In this document: positions 42,349-53,387 of the stretch, one piece after another
Numbering within the stretch: the first letter of the stretch is position 1
How the letters are laid out: each line of letters begins with the position of its first letter
Source of the DNA: Wickerhamiella versatilis
Taxonomy: Eukaryota
Direction of reading: 5' to 3'
DNA: 64,000 nucleotides
NCBI GenBank assembly: GCA_030867685.1
Contig: JAQOWU010000008.1
Coordinates: forward strand, 744,001 to 808,000
Notes under the pieces: generated by a model
Seen by the model: the letters and a program-made list of their open reading frames with translations, nothing else
Told to the model about the DNA's origin: nothing
The model's database searches: none
Translations under genes and position numbers: made by a program

Positions 42349-43719
42349 ATGGCACCAGCTGGAGCTCTATCTCCACATAGACTTAGTCCAAGGAAACGTG
42401 GACCTGCTCATGTTGTTTTTAACAGAGCTGGGGCTCGTGTGTCCTCCGGACCTGGGCTCAAGGCATTGTCTCTCTCCCCACAGCGTAAAGTGAGCCGCGG
42501 AAGTGAAACGAAAACCACACAAACCCAACCAGAAACAGTGCCTAAAGATGAAGGCAGTCAAAAGACTATGGGACTTGGTCCAGTACCGCAGCTGCAACTT
42601 AGCAGTAATACTTCGACCAGTTTGCTAGAGACACCAACAAAGCAGCAATCACGAAAACCTGCTAACACGGAGGACGAATGGCAGGATATTGACGATAACG
42701 AGCAACCTCGTAATGATTTAGGTTCACGCCCCAGACAAGAAGAAAACAGTGCATCTAGTTTTCTTGGCTTTTCGCCAGCAAGCGCCAGCCGTTCGTCAAG
42801 CGGCGGAAAATCTCGGTTTAGTTTTCGCAACAGCTTTGGATTCTCTAATTGGTATGGAGATGGTGGTTCAAGTAGACCAGAGGGTCGAAATCAGGGTCCT
42901 GACTGGGGAAAGCCGTCTGTCAGCCCAGAATATGACACTTCTGTGTCCACAGAGGGTGGTTGGAAGAGATCTAGAGGCTCCACAGGAGAACCAAGAAAGC
43001 GTTCTCGTCACCCTTCTTGGTTGTCGTCATTTCGAGACTTCTGGCTTGATCCTGGGACCCCGGTGATAATGGCCGCCTACCTTCAGCTAGGTTTCAACCT
43101 TACAATGCTCTCCCTTCTCGTATTTGGTATCGTTACTTTTTATACAAGTATCAGCAATGATGTGAATCTAAAAGTGGAGGAGTACTCTGTTGACATAGTC
43201 AACGAAATGGCACATTGTTCCCAGGAGTACCTTCGCAACAACTGCCAACCATCTAAGCGTGTTCCAGCTTTAGAGACTGTTTGCACTACGTGGGAGCATT
43301 GCATGAATCGAGATCCCCGCATGATTGGTCGTGCTAAAGTATCTGCTGAGACGTTTGGGGAAATAATTGAAAGCTTCCTTCGGCCTATAGGCGTCCGCTC
43401 CATGATATTCCTAGTATTTGTATTTGCTGGCTCTTTCATATTGGTTAACGGCGTTTTTGCATCCAAGATTAGTCCTAGGACTACTGCACAGCATGCGTCC
43501 TCTTCCTATGCACACACATCATCTCGCCCTTCAACGACACCAAGCTACACCGGTTTTGATCCGCCATATTCCCCTTCTAGAATACCGGGATCTGTCCCAC
43601 GCACACCTATGCATCGAAGCTCTCCCATGCAACCGTACTACATTGGATACCAGCCGCGAATGTATTCACCCTTATCACGTCAGTTTTATGGACAAACGCC
43701 ACGATCGGTGCGTGGGTGA
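42349..43719 (+). CDS. Brl1/Brr6 nuclear-envelope protein
   Basis: YLQLGFN TM segment, four-Cys lumenal motif CSQEYLRNNC...VPALETVCTTWEHCM, and a second TM. Confidence 0.9.
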   Translation: MAPAGALSPHRLSPRKRGPAHVVFNRAGARVSSGPGLKALSLSPQRKVSRGSETKTTQTQPETVPKDEGSQKTMGLGPVPQLQLSSNTSTSLLETPTKQQSRKPANTEDEWQDIDDNEQPRNDLGSRPRQEENSASSFLGFSPASASRSSSGGKSRFSFRNSFGFSNWYGDGGSSRPEGRNQGPDWGKPSVSPEYDTSVSTEGGWKRSRGSTGEPRKRSRHPSWLSSFRDFWLDPGTPVIMAAYLQLGFNLTMLSLLVFGIVTFYTSISNDVNLKVEEYSVDIVNEMAHCSQEYLRNNCQPSKRVPALETVCTTWEHCMNRDPRMIGRAKVSAETFGEIIESFLRPIGVRSMIFLVFVFAGSFILVNGVFASKISPRTTAQHASSSYAHTSSRPSTTPSYTGFDPPYSPSRIPGSVPRTPMHRSSPMQPYYIGYQPRMYSPLSRQFYGQTPRSVRG

Positions 43720-44039
43720 CTGCGGGAATAGAATTTGCATGGTAAAATGACAAGTGATATTTTCGACGATCCTACTGTAATTGTCGACCTGACATTATTC
43801 TTTAGCAACAAATGAGATCACCGTTTCCTAGACCTCGTTGTCTCTTAATCTATCTAGCTTCCGGTATAAAGCATCTTCCGCATCTCCTATATAATTTCTC
43901 GCTGAGTAGCAAACACGTATGTGCGTCTTCCCAGAGCATATCTGATAGTCAATCAAGAAGGTGCTGCTTTATCCACTATATGCTGTGCTCTACGCTTTGC
44001 AGATACGTTAAAAGATTTTTTTTAAATTACCCGTAAACC

Positions 44040-44057
44040 AAAAAAAAGAAAAAAAAA
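44040..44057 (-). terminator. RNA polymerase III oligo-T terminator
   Basis: T-runs on the minus strand starting 4 nt after the tRNA 3' end. Confidence 0.85.
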
Positions 44058-44061
44058 CGAG

Positions 44062-44135
44062 TGGACATTACCGGAGTCGAACCGGGGACCTCGCGCATGC
44101 TAAGCGCACGTGATAACCAACTACACCAAATGCCC
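44062..44135 (-). tRNA. tRNA-Ala(AGC), intronless
   Basis: Acceptor stem GGGCATT/AATGTCC with G3:U70 and discriminator A. Anticodon arm TGCGC-TTAGCAT-GCGCG. T-loop TTCGACT. Confidence 0.96.
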
Positions 44136-44432
44136 GAACTTGTTGGTAACGATCTATCAAATTCATTCATAAACCCAATGATGGCAACAGGAGTTTTCCC
44201 CTCACTTCAGTTCGCAAGGACTAATGGAAAATAAAAGGTTCCTCATGAATAGTGGTAAGTATAAAGTTTGTATAAATATATTTTGGGGTTCCTTCTCAAT
44301 TTTCATATGCAGATGTCTATATTTTTTACTTTTTAGATAACGATACCTAATTTGGATTCATATTCTGGGGACATTTAACTGGTAGGAATCCATTGTGACA
44401 TATCAAAAAATTCAACCTAAATAAATCAGGCA

Positions 44433-47060
44433 CTATTGAATCAAAGCCACACCGGATGTTCGGGGTTCAAAATATGCTGCTGCAATGGGACCACGACTGA
44501 CATGGACATGCTCTGAGGCAAATACCCATGCATGATAGAGCGCGGATAGCATAAAGTGTTGGCTGTTGTTTTCTTCTTGTAAACTGATTATACCTTCCTC
44601 ATATAACCGTTTAATTGCTGCTAATAGAGAGCTTAGTCGATTCTGTGAGACCTCAACACGCTCAATCATGCGACTAATCTCTGTGACTTCTTTGCAGAGT
44701 ATGCCGACTGCATCGCAGTAAGACCTTTGGTGGCATTTTGTGAAAACCTCTTCCAAGATACGTGTACCACGTATTCCGGTCTTACGTGCAGAAACCAGAT
44801 AGTCTTCATCTTCCTGGATTTCAGCAGAAAACTGAACGGGAAGCCTTGAAGTTACCTCTTGACGATTATTTTCACCTGCATTCGTGGCTGTAATTTTCGC
44901 AGCGATAAGATCACAAGTACCACTTGGAAGACCAGCTAGACTGCTTATTTCGATATCAAGCAAGATAGATTTGCTATCGCCCTCTCTCATATTTCCAATA
45001 ATCCAAGTATTATCATCCTGAGGAAGCAATGAAGACTGGCGAGGGCAGAGAATAGTGTCAGGGAGCAAAGTGTTTAGATCTGGTGATGCACGTGCTCCAT
45101 GAAGACCTAGTAGCTTCACACCTATACGCGGAATGATTTTCACAGAAACATTGTTATGTGTGTATCTTCCTTCTTCCACAATCAAAGACTCTAGAGCTTT
45201 TCCTGCCTCTTCAAATGTCAAACAGTAGGAATATGATGCCGTGGTTTGACGCGAGAGTGTACTGAGTTTGATTGCATCATGGTTTTTCGTGACCCCAACC
45301 GTATGTATTGGGACTCTTGATGATAAAATTGCTTCAGGTATCGCATCAATATTCATATTTTGTTGGCAATTTAAAATTATAATCGATGTCACTGTCTCGC
45401 GTCGCCAAGTATCATCTAGCATTGATGAAGCTACCCTCAATAGTGAACCTGGTCGATATTCAGAAAAAAATACTACATCATCAGGCTCTGGTGTACTTCT
45501 CCAAGTGATCTTGTCTCTCTGTACTGGTAGTGAATAGCATTTGACACTGCTATCGGGGTTATAAAATATGATCCCCATTTTGTCACAAGGTTGAAGATTT
45601 AACTTGCTAGCTGATAAAAACTCATCGATCTGTTTGTCACTCAGTATACTCGGAAGACACATGATCACTTTCGTACGACATCTTAAAGCCCTTCCAATCC
45701 CATTATCTAGCCGTGGAGCGAGAGGAAATTCTGCAGAGCTGTCCTCGAAAGCTCGCCACCAGCAATCGAGGCGAAAATTATCGGCAGTTTCAATTAATAT
45801 GTCTGGAATTTTTACACTGCTGAGGTGTATCTTCAATGCTGTGGGATGATGCTTTCCTTGGACTTGTTGCACTGACGAGATATGATGACGCACATCAAGC
45901 ACTGCTTTGACAGGCCTTTGATCAGACTGATGCCGCAAAATCACAATATATTTTGAGAAGAGGTACCAATATTCCAGTTGCCATGTATTTCCCATGTCTT
46001 GCGAGACCATAAGGCGATCATGAATCCTAAGTCTTCCAGGTTTTAGGCTTTTCAAAAGTAATCCCTTGAAAGTAAGTTGACGCAATGCATTCTGTATCCT
46101 CAATCCATACTCAAAATCGTCGGCATTCATTCGATACTCATAGTGCGAGAAAACGTTGTCAGGAATCGAAACATTCAACATGACTGTGGTGCGAGCAGTT
46201 TTTTTATATATTTGGCCCGTTTCTGGTAAAAGAGCGACACGCAATGCTACCTCTTGGTTTCCACAGCACACATACTTGGCATTTATGTCAGGCCTGCGAC
46301 GTATTTCGGAGATGATAGATCGTTGTGGCCACTGAATAGGGGAGTGCAGCTTATCATGTTTTGTCGCAAAAGCTGCATTCAAAGGTGATGATTCATTTCC
46401 AGGGATATCAACTGCAATCTCTACAGTACCCAGCTCATTAAAATTGATTGCCTGATTTTCTTCCAAGTTCTCAATATCTTCATCCCACGGTTGCGTGGTT
46501 GCGTCCTTAATGATTTCTTCGCAGCGGCCTGACGATAAGGGAGCACAGACTACTTCAGTTACTAGAGGTGATTGCAACTGTTGTTTAGAATTCTTACTAT
46601 TGAATAGCGAACTGGCCGAATATGGTTCTGCAAAGTCTGGTTCTGCAAGTCCATCTTTAATATCAAACGGAGGGGCAAATTCAACGTCATCTTCGGGCTC
46701 ATACATGAAATCTTCGACAGTTTCTGGGTGACACAGCATACCACAAGTTCCACAGTGGGGGCGTTTTTTAGTGCTCGTCATTTTTAGCTGATGATAACAG
46801 TGGCAATGTACAGTGTGTCCACAGTTGAGTTTCATTAGAGATTCATTCGTTAACGTCACATCAAGTGGCATTTCACAAAAACTGCACTGTTGGAAATACT
46901 CTGTGCCAGCAGCACTAATATAGTCACTCTCGAGCGATTCTACCACTGAAGGCGGCGAAGAAGGCACCCGCGGCTTGTGTACGCTCAATTGTGAAGGTAC
47001 GGTTTGCACCCAGGGCATTCGCGAGGACCTCAGTGCAGAGTAATTTAGAGATTTTTGCAT
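44433..47060 (-). CDS. RING-H2 + PH-like + VWA-like scaffold, Far1/Ste5 family
   Basis: RING CSFC...CGHTVHCHC...CGTC, PH-like GRLRIHDRL...YLFSKYI, and VWA-like VPIHTVGVTKNHD...LSRQTTASYSY. First ATG at 47060. Confidence 0.7.
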   Translation of the reverse strand: MQKSLNYSALRSSRMPWVQTVPSQLSVHKPRVPSSPPSVVESLESDYISAAGTEYFQQCSFCEMPLDVTLTNESLMKLNCGHTVHCHCYHQLKMTSTKKRPHCGTCGMLCHPETVEDFMYEPEDDVEFAPPFDIKDGLAEPDFAEPYSASSLFNSKNSKQQLQSPLVTEVVCAPLSSGRCEEIIKDATTQPWDEDIENLEENQAINFNELGTVEIAVDIPGNESSPLNAAFATKHDKLHSPIQWPQRSIISEIRRRPDINAKYVCCGNQEVALRVALLPETGQIYKKTARTTVMLNVSIPDNVFSHYEYRMNADDFEYGLRIQNALRQLTFKGLLLKSLKPGRLRIHDRLMVSQDMGNTWQLEYWYLFSKYIVILRHQSDQRPVKAVLDVRHHISSVQQVQGKHHPTALKIHLSSVKIPDILIETADNFRLDCWWRAFEDSSAEFPLAPRLDNGIGRALRCRTKVIMCLPSILSDKQIDEFLSASKLNLQPCDKMGIIFYNPDSSVKCYSLPVQRDKITWRSTPEPDDVVFFSEYRPGSLLRVASSMLDDTWRRETVTSIIILNCQQNMNIDAIPEAILSSRVPIHTVGVTKNHDAIKLSTLSRQTTASYSYCLTFEEAGKALESLIVEEGRYTHNNVSVKIIPRIGVKLLGLHGARASPDLNTLLPDTILCPRQSSLLPQDDNTWIIGNMREGDSKSILLDIEISSLAGLPSGTCDLIAAKITATNAGENNRQEVTSRLPVQFSAEIQEDEDYLVSARKTGIRGTRILEEVFTKCHQRSYCDAVGILCKEVTEISRMIERVEVSQNRLSSLLAAIKRLYEEGIISLQEENNSQHFMLSALYHAWVFASEHVHVSRGPIAAAYFEPRTSGVALIQ

Positions 47061-47689
47061 CGTAGATTTCACTGTGATGAATATGACAGTCACTTTTTAG
47101 CATTGCCGATTGCTCAGAGATGGGTCCAAGCTGCATTAGGGTAGGGGTTACACAACCCTGGGACTTTTATCAAGTGGAAATCGCCGTGATAACATCAATT
47201 AAAACATAAGTATAACAACGAGGAAGCCCCAAAGGTTCTTATCAGTATTTTTATATAGCTTTTACACGTGATTATTGCCGTAGGCCAGCTTCATTTTAGA
47301 TGTATGATAAACACATACTGCAAAATAAATAAGTGGAAACGAGTTACTTGGTTAATTTTTGGGATTTGCTCTCAAAAATACGACCCTTACTTGGCTCCTT
47401 GTGTGTGATTGACAAGACACCCACCGCTGAAGCTATCGGGTAGGGGTTCCATGTGATTAGCGATTCTAACAGGAACTTGATTCTATCTCTTAAACTACCC
47501 ATAGCTTAGAATCAAGGGGAAATAAAATACCCAAAGTCCTTAATTCCCTTCAAGTCCGATGACAATAGGTGAAGTATGTAAAAAAATCCACTAATACTAC
47601 ATTATCGTGTCACGCTGCGACTGAAGGTGTGGATGACAAGTGCTACCGAAGGAAGATAATAATATCAAGCTTTTGTGAAACAATCCTGA

Positions 47690-48685
47690 CTATACATTTC
47701 CATCAAAAAGCGCCTCGACAGCACCTTCGACGTTACCACCACTTCGTCTCAACGCACGAACGTTTCGATCAAAGTCATGGAATCCCATTTCATTGAGTTG
47801 CCTTAACTGGAGTTCATACCGCTCCTCAGGAGGTCTGCTATCCTGCGGAGGCTCATAGGCTCTGCGAAATGCTTCAAATGGGTCCGAAAAACCAGCGCCT
47901 GGGCTTATATCTTCTCCAGCGCCCCGAGGTATTCCGGCACCGCCGGAACCAGCCCCAAGAGCAGCCAAGGGATCCATACCATCCAAAGACGGAAGACCGC
48001 CTGACCCCATAATGTTGCGAAGACTTCCAGTAAGTCTACGCATACGGTCTGGATTAGTGAATAATTCACGGAACATGGGTGAACTGATCGTTTCGCGAAT
48101 GCGACGATACTGATCCGGTGGTAGATCACGCATGCGCGGGTTCTGGCTCAGGAAGAAATCTGGGTCTGACAGCATGTGCTCTACACTACTCATTACTTCC
48201 GGATTCTCCATCATATCCAGCATTTGATCCATTGAAGGCTGCGGTCCCTGTCCTCCGTCGGGGCCAAAAATATCTGCACTAGGCAAGTTTGCCAATCCAC
48301 TATATCTTGCTCCTGTCAAATCGGCTAAAACATTACCAGCACCTTGACCGGCTGCCATGCGAGGTGCGGCAGGCTGTGATGCTGTCGTTTGACTATTTTC
48401 TGTGCTCGCCGCAGACTGTGTTGCCGGATTCTTAGGAGCAGCACCCTTCACTAGATGTACTGCATGACCTGTCTTGACTTTATAATGATCTAAAGTGTCA
48501 GGATCTTTTAACACGCGCCCCGAATAAATGAGGCGTTGTCGATCAGCGCTGATACCAGTCTTTTCGACCAAAAGCTGTTTCAGCTCAGCAACAGTAGTCT
48601 CAACAGTAACGTTAACATCATACTTTTTGTCACCGCTAGACTTGATAACCAGGTTTATCCTCTCAGCTGTCTCTGAGTCTGCCAT
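47690..48685 (-). CDS. DSK2: Ubiquilin (UBL-STI1-UBA)
   Basis: UBL QRLIYSGRVLKD and UBA PPEERYELQLRQLNEMGF. Confidence 0.93.
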   Translation of the reverse strand: MADSETAERINLVIKSSGDKKYDVNVTVETTVAELKQLLVEKTGISADRQRLIYSGRVLKDPDTLDHYKVKTGHAVHLVKGAAPKNPATQSAASTENSQTTASQPAAPRMAAGQGAGNVLADLTGARYSGLANLPSADIFGPDGGQGPQPSMDQMLDMMENPEVMSSVEHMLSDPDFFLSQNPRMRDLPPDQYRRIRETISSPMFRELFTNPDRMRRLTGSLRNIMGSGGLPSLDGMDPLAALGAGSGGAGIPRGAGEDISPGAGFSDPFEAFRRAYEPPQDSRPPEERYELQLRQLNEMGFHDFDRNVRALRRSGGNVEGAVEALFDGNV

Positions 48686-48884
48686 GGCTTCTTAGGTCAG
48701 CATTGAGCTGGTGGCGTTTAAAGCAACATATAGCCGACAATTACTACACAAATTATCATGAAAAACACATAAATCGACCCCAAATGATGCATTGCGTTTA
48801 ACCTGCTCTATGGATTTTATTGATAAGTGAAACAAGGCAATTACGAGACCATACTACGCTCTTCGTAGCCATAGAAGATTAGTC

Positions 48885-50363
48885 ATGGACTCTTTGGGGG
48901 GCCTTGAGGATAACGCTCCTGACGCTGGATTGTGGGATGCAAATAACCAAGACCCTGCTAATGGAGAATCCATTGGCCAGGAATGGGTGGGTAGTCCTGA
49001 ATCAAATGAAAATTCGACCGTCGATACTTCGAGTCCAGATAAACATGGCCGACCTGCAGCCAACCCCATAAGGAAGGCAAGACCCAGTCGACTTTCGATT
49101 AGAATAACTCAAATTGAGCCAACAAAATCAGAGATTATTATTTGGTTCGACGTAAATACATCTTTACCAAGGTTTCGAACTCCTAACTATCGGGATGTTC
49201 GACGAACTCACAATGAAATCAAGCGATTTGCGGCACACCTAGCTAGCGCAAACCCAGAGTGTTTTGTACCAGCTTTGCCACCGGCGACTAATTCATATCC
49301 TAAAAACTCGCCGAAACATGACCAAAAACTATACACAGATCTACAGCGTTGGTTCGACCGGGTCACTCGGTCTCCGTTGCTAGCTCGTGACGAGGAATTC
49401 CTATATTTCGTTGAATCCAGCTTTGGATATACACCTGCCGTAAAGATACGGCCACCTGCCACCGGGCTTGCTCGTAAGCTGCTAAAGCAACTACAGCCAC
49501 CTCCGGATAGTTGTGATGAACTTCGCGAATTTCGCCCAGTTGCTAAGCTTGTCCACCAATACGGGACAGAAAATGCGGGGCGTATGAGAACAGTTGGAAA
49601 AGTTCGCCAACAATTGTCCCACTCTTTATCTGATTTTAGCTCGAAGCTTCAGCAACTCGTAACTTGCGAAAGCCAGCCTGGCCTGGTGAACATGTGGCAG
49701 AAGCTTAGCAAAGTGATGAATGTTGTAAGTGAGACTGAGTATCAAAAATCAATAGTAGGGGATGCTTTATTTGCAGATGGAATTGCATTGGTAGCTGATG
49801 ACGCCTTTATTATCAAGGAAACTTTGACCAACCGGCATATTCTCATGCGTGACCTTGTCAAGGCCCAGCAAAATTCTAAATCGCGCCATCAGACTGCTAC
49901 GCGATTGAAGGGGGCCACAAACATTAGTCCGGCTCGGGTTGACGAAGCAATCACACAGCTTGAGGAGGCAACTTCTTTGGAGAAGAGAGTGACGAGTGCG
50001 GTCAGAAGGGTAACGGACAATCTGGTAGTGGAGAAGCATGTTGCTATTAACCGGATGGAGACCGATATTCTTGGACAACTCGCTCAATATGCGCTCCGCT
50101 CTATTGATAGTGAACGCAGAACACTTACAGCCTGGGAAAGCATTCGCAACGATGTACGTCTTGCAGACTCTAATGGAGGTCTCAGTAAACTTGGGAGGGA
50201 GCGGACGAGTCACCGGTCACACATATCTCAGGGATATTTCGAAGACGACTGGTCTGGTGACCGGCATGTGAGGGCCAAAGACCTCGTGCCACCTGTAGCT
50301 GCTGCTGACGAGGTTCTAGATGCAAAGCGTGCGGCTAGTTTATTATCTGAGTCACAATTTTAA
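48885..50363 (+). CDS. VPS17: Retromer PX-BAR subunit
   Basis: PX motifs VRRTHNE and NPECFVP, AFIIKETLTNRHILMR, and a C-terminal AKRAASLL. Confidence 0.9.
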   Translation: MDSLGGLEDNAPDAGLWDANNQDPANGESIGQEWVGSPESNENSTVDTSSPDKHGRPAANPIRKARPSRLSIRITQIEPTKSEIIIWFDVNTSLPRFRTPNYRDVRRTHNEIKRFAAHLASANPECFVPALPPATNSYPKNSPKHDQKLYTDLQRWFDRVTRSPLLARDEEFLYFVESSFGYTPAVKIRPPATGLARKLLKQLQPPPDSCDELREFRPVAKLVHQYGTENAGRMRTVGKVRQQLSHSLSDFSSKLQQLVTCESQPGLVNMWQKLSKVMNVVSETEYQKSIVGDALFADGIALVADDAFIIKETLTNRHILMRDLVKAQQNSKSRHQTATRLKGATNISPARVDEAITQLEEATSLEKRVTSAVRRVTDNLVVEKHVAINRMETDILGQLAQYALRSIDSERRTLTAWESIRNDVRLADSNGGLSKLGRERTSHRSHISQGYFEDDWSGDRHVRAKDLVPPVAAADEVLDAKRAASLLSESQF

Positions 50364-50471
50364 TTTGTACGTACCACATTAGAGACTTCGGCCTGGCGTC
50401 GAAGTATTAAGAAATTCTTTTTTTGTTTAAGCTTGTTATAACAATCCAAAGATCTATAAGAAGAGTTCAAG

Positions 50472-51290
50472 CTATAGTTTTTCAACAATCTGGCCACCAC
50501 AAACGCCAATGACTCCGTTAAATACAAGCACTTCAACTCCTGGAGTTAGGTCTGAAATGTCTACACGCCCCTCCTGCACGAAACCAAGTTCAATGAGAAA
50601 AGACCGCAAAACACCAGCAGCACCACCTTTTTTCAAGGGTGGTGTTATCCACTCCTCATTTTGCCCTTTCACTGCTATACTCGTGGTCGAACCCTCTTGA
50701 GCTTCACCTTCCGGAGAACAAATGATAACTTCTGCAGGCTCCTTTGAACTGGAAACGCCACTCTTATCTCGGGAGGTATTGTAGTGATCTCTGACACTCG
50801 TCTTCAGACTATTGTACAATGAATGGGGAATACTCTCGGTGCCAATCACGACCTTGTATACGGGATCGTTAGATTCTGCCCCTTTGGGTATGTCTGACAG
50901 TCCACTAAAAAGATTGTCACGCTCGGGTATAGCGGTTGCAGTAGCCGTCAGTTTTCCTGTGCGTGACACAGATACTCTGATTCTATGGGGCTCTTGTGTG
51001 TTTTGGATTGCGGAAGCCATGGCATTAATGAACATTTCATGGGTGAATTTAACTTCCCAGTTTAGTAGCTTTACACCATACCGCAATCTTTGATAATGAA
51101 GTCGTGATAGAAAAAAGACTTCGTCGTCACTCTCCTCCATGGCAATAGGAATGCGGCGAGTGAGGTCCAATAAGCGTGGGTCAAAGCGTAAAGAAGTAAA
51201 CAGCTCAAATTCCGGATTTTCTGCAGCAGCAGAATTCAGGCTCTTGGCCACGACTGCCTCTGCTTCCTTAGGGAGCCCCCGAAATCTCAT
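50472..51290 (-). CDS. ABZ2: Aminodeoxychorismate lyase (class IV PLP enzyme)
   Basis: Motifs FELFTSLRFDP, HYQRL, KTSVRDHYN, EGSTT, WITPPL and GVLR. Confidence 0.82.
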   Translation of the reverse strand: MRFRGLPKEAEAVVAKSLNSAAAENPEFELFTSLRFDPRLLDLTRRIPIAMEESDDEVFFLSRLHYQRLRYGVKLLNWEVKFTHEMFINAMASAIQNTQEPHRIRVSVSRTGKLTATATAIPERDNLFSGLSDIPKGAESNDPVYKVVIGTESIPHSLYNSLKTSVRDHYNTSRDKSGVSSSKEPAEVIICSPEGEAQEGSTTSIAVKGQNEEWITPPLKKGGAAGVLRSFLIELGFVQEGRVDISDLTPGVEVLVFNGVIGVCGGQIVEKL

Positions 51291-51409
51291 GGAGTTTACA
51301 CACTTGGCTTACAATGAGAATAAAAGTCACTCGAAATACGGCATCTTCTCTACTTTATTTCGAGTAAGCTAGAGAAGTTTGTGTTAAAAAAAATTTAGTT
51401 TTCAGTTTA

Positions 51410-51416
51410 TGACTCA
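51410..51416. promoter_or_regulatory. Gcn4/AP-1 site TGACTCA upstream of ABZ2
   Basis: Perfect consensus 120 nt upstream of a biosynthetic gene. Single site. Confidence 0.35.
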
Positions 51417-51646
51417 ATGTTCAATACTTTCTGCGCTTTGGATCCTAGGTATCCTTAACGCCATCTCTTCTCTCAGGAATGCGTCTCTTGAGCTCCAAAA
51501 CAAAAACAAAAAAACTAAAGAAGAATTATATAACTAAGCTGCAGAAGGCAGTCGTTTTCCTTAATTTATCATGTTTTCAGTATACGATAGAGACAATACT
51601 ACTCTGAGTGCCTTATAACCAGAGGTTAGGGTAACTGGTCAACGCT

Positions 51647-53242
51647 ATGGGCCTTGTCGCTATAGTCACGGCGAAAATACGCCGTGCCGGACTTGGTCCC
51701 CGCATAGTAGGATATCTTCCACTTGTGTCACTGTTATGTGCTATTTTAGGTGTCGCTTGGCTTGCTATGCTTCCTATGGAAGGCCAGTTTCGTCGAACAT
51801 ATATTAGCGAGAATGCCCTGTTACCCCATCAGGCAGATACACATTTTCGTGAGAGCGAATGGAATTTACTTAGAGGATTTCGACAAAAGGTTCGCGAAGT
51901 TAAAACGGAACCAAATCCATTACACGAAATTCAGCATATCTTAGAGACCAATGTTGGCTTGAAAACAGCCACTGATGACTGGGGCAATGTATATGCGATC
52001 ATGCATGCACCAAGAGGGTCTCAAAGTGAGGCCATAGTATTGGTGGCCCCTTGGACTGCTATGGATGGCAACTTCAATGATGGCGGCGTTTCTGTACTCA
52101 TTGCCCTCTCGCGATTCTTTAAAAAGTGGAGCATTTGGCACAAAAACCTTGTTTATGTGATCCCACATGATGGCCATGAATCTCTTCGGCACTGGGTGGA
52201 GGCATATCACTCGACTTTGCCCAACACAGCAGGCAGCATTGAGGGTGCCTTAGTGCTCGACTATTCTAGTGAAAACGAGCATTTTGATCACATAGACGTA
52301 TTATTTGACGGACTTAATGGTGAGCAACCAAACTTGGATCTCGTGAACATAGCAATAATGATTTCTGAAGCGGAGTGGGTTCGAGCTGAGGTTTGCGAGT
52401 CTGGCCCCAGCCATAACCTTTATGAACAGCGTCTACGTACAATGCTTACAGGAATTTGGAACCAACTGGTTAGTGGTATCAATCCCCGTGGACCTGGCTC
52501 AGAGATGTTTAGTGGCTGGAGGATCGATGCTATCACTCTTCGAGCACGGGGAGACTCAGGAAATGTGGATATCACGTATTTCGGAAGGGTAGTCGAATCA
52601 CTAACCCGCTCGATTAACAATCTTTTGGAGCATTTTCATCAATCTTTCTTTTTCTACCTTCTGCTAGGCAGCCATTACTTCGTGAGTATTGGAACTTACC
52701 TACCGGTTGCGATGTTACTTGCCAACAGTTTCCCCATTATGGCTATATATATATTTTCAATTGACAAGGAGATAAGTCTGTTGAGCGTGGTGGGCTTTGC
52801 TGCCATCTGGATTAGCACCGTGGGTGCAGGATTGTTAAGTAGAAACACCACACCTCTACTGCTAACTTGTCCCCTCTCTATGTCGACTCTCCTCCATTTC
52901 ATGATGTCAAGTTCTCAAAAAAGGGCCATGCATGCGCTCTCTCTTGTCCTATATGGGCTGGCTCTTACAACACTGGCAATGTTGAATTTTAGCATGTCTT
53001 TTACTCTTGGACTTGTATCGTTACCCCTCGCTTGGATAAGGCCTAAGAGTACAATTTCGCTCCTACTTGTGGCCCTGACTTGCCCATTGAGCTACTTATT
53101 TTGTTTACAGTGGCTTACGGGCACGGAATTCACAAAACTTTTGTCCGAAATAATGGCCTCTCAAGATCTTGGAGTATGGACCTGGCCGCTCATAATAGGA
53201 ATATGGCTTCCAATGTGGTTCATCTCTTGGGCTGTTGTTTAA
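51647..53242 (+). CDS. GAA1: GPI transamidase subunit Gaa1
   Basis: Motifs RTYISENAL, APRG, PNLDL and RSINNLLEHFHQSFFFY. Confidence 0.93.
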   Translation: MGLVAIVTAKIRRAGLGPRIVGYLPLVSLLCAILGVAWLAMLPMEGQFRRTYISENALLPHQADTHFRESEWNLLRGFRQKVREVKTEPNPLHEIQHILETNVGLKTATDDWGNVYAIMHAPRGSQSEAIVLVAPWTAMDGNFNDGGVSVLIALSRFFKKWSIWHKNLVYVIPHDGHESLRHWVEAYHSTLPNTAGSIEGALVLDYSSENEHFDHIDVLFDGLNGEQPNLDLVNIAIMISEAEWVRAEVCESGPSHNLYEQRLRTMLTGIWNQLVSGINPRGPGSEMFSGWRIDAITLRARGDSGNVDITYFGRVVESLTRSINNLLEHFHQSFFFYLLLGSHYFVSIGTYLPVAMLLANSFPIMAIYIFSIDKEISLLSVVGFAAIWISTVGAGLLSRNTTPLLLTCPLSMSTLLHFMMSSSQKRAMHALSLVLYGLALTTLAMLNFSMSFTLGLVSLPLAWIRPKSTISLLLVALTCPLSYLFCLQWLTGTEFTKLLSEIMASQDLGVWTWPLIIGIWLPMWFISWAVV

Positions 53243-53387
53243 TGTTTCCTAGAAATGATTCATTAATTTTAGTATATGCACCCTTTTAAGCTTGAAAATA
53301 CGCTTTCGTCTTAATGAAAGCTTTTATTAGATGTAACACAACAAGAGAGAGGGATATATATGGTGCATCAAGAGATATCGCCAAACT

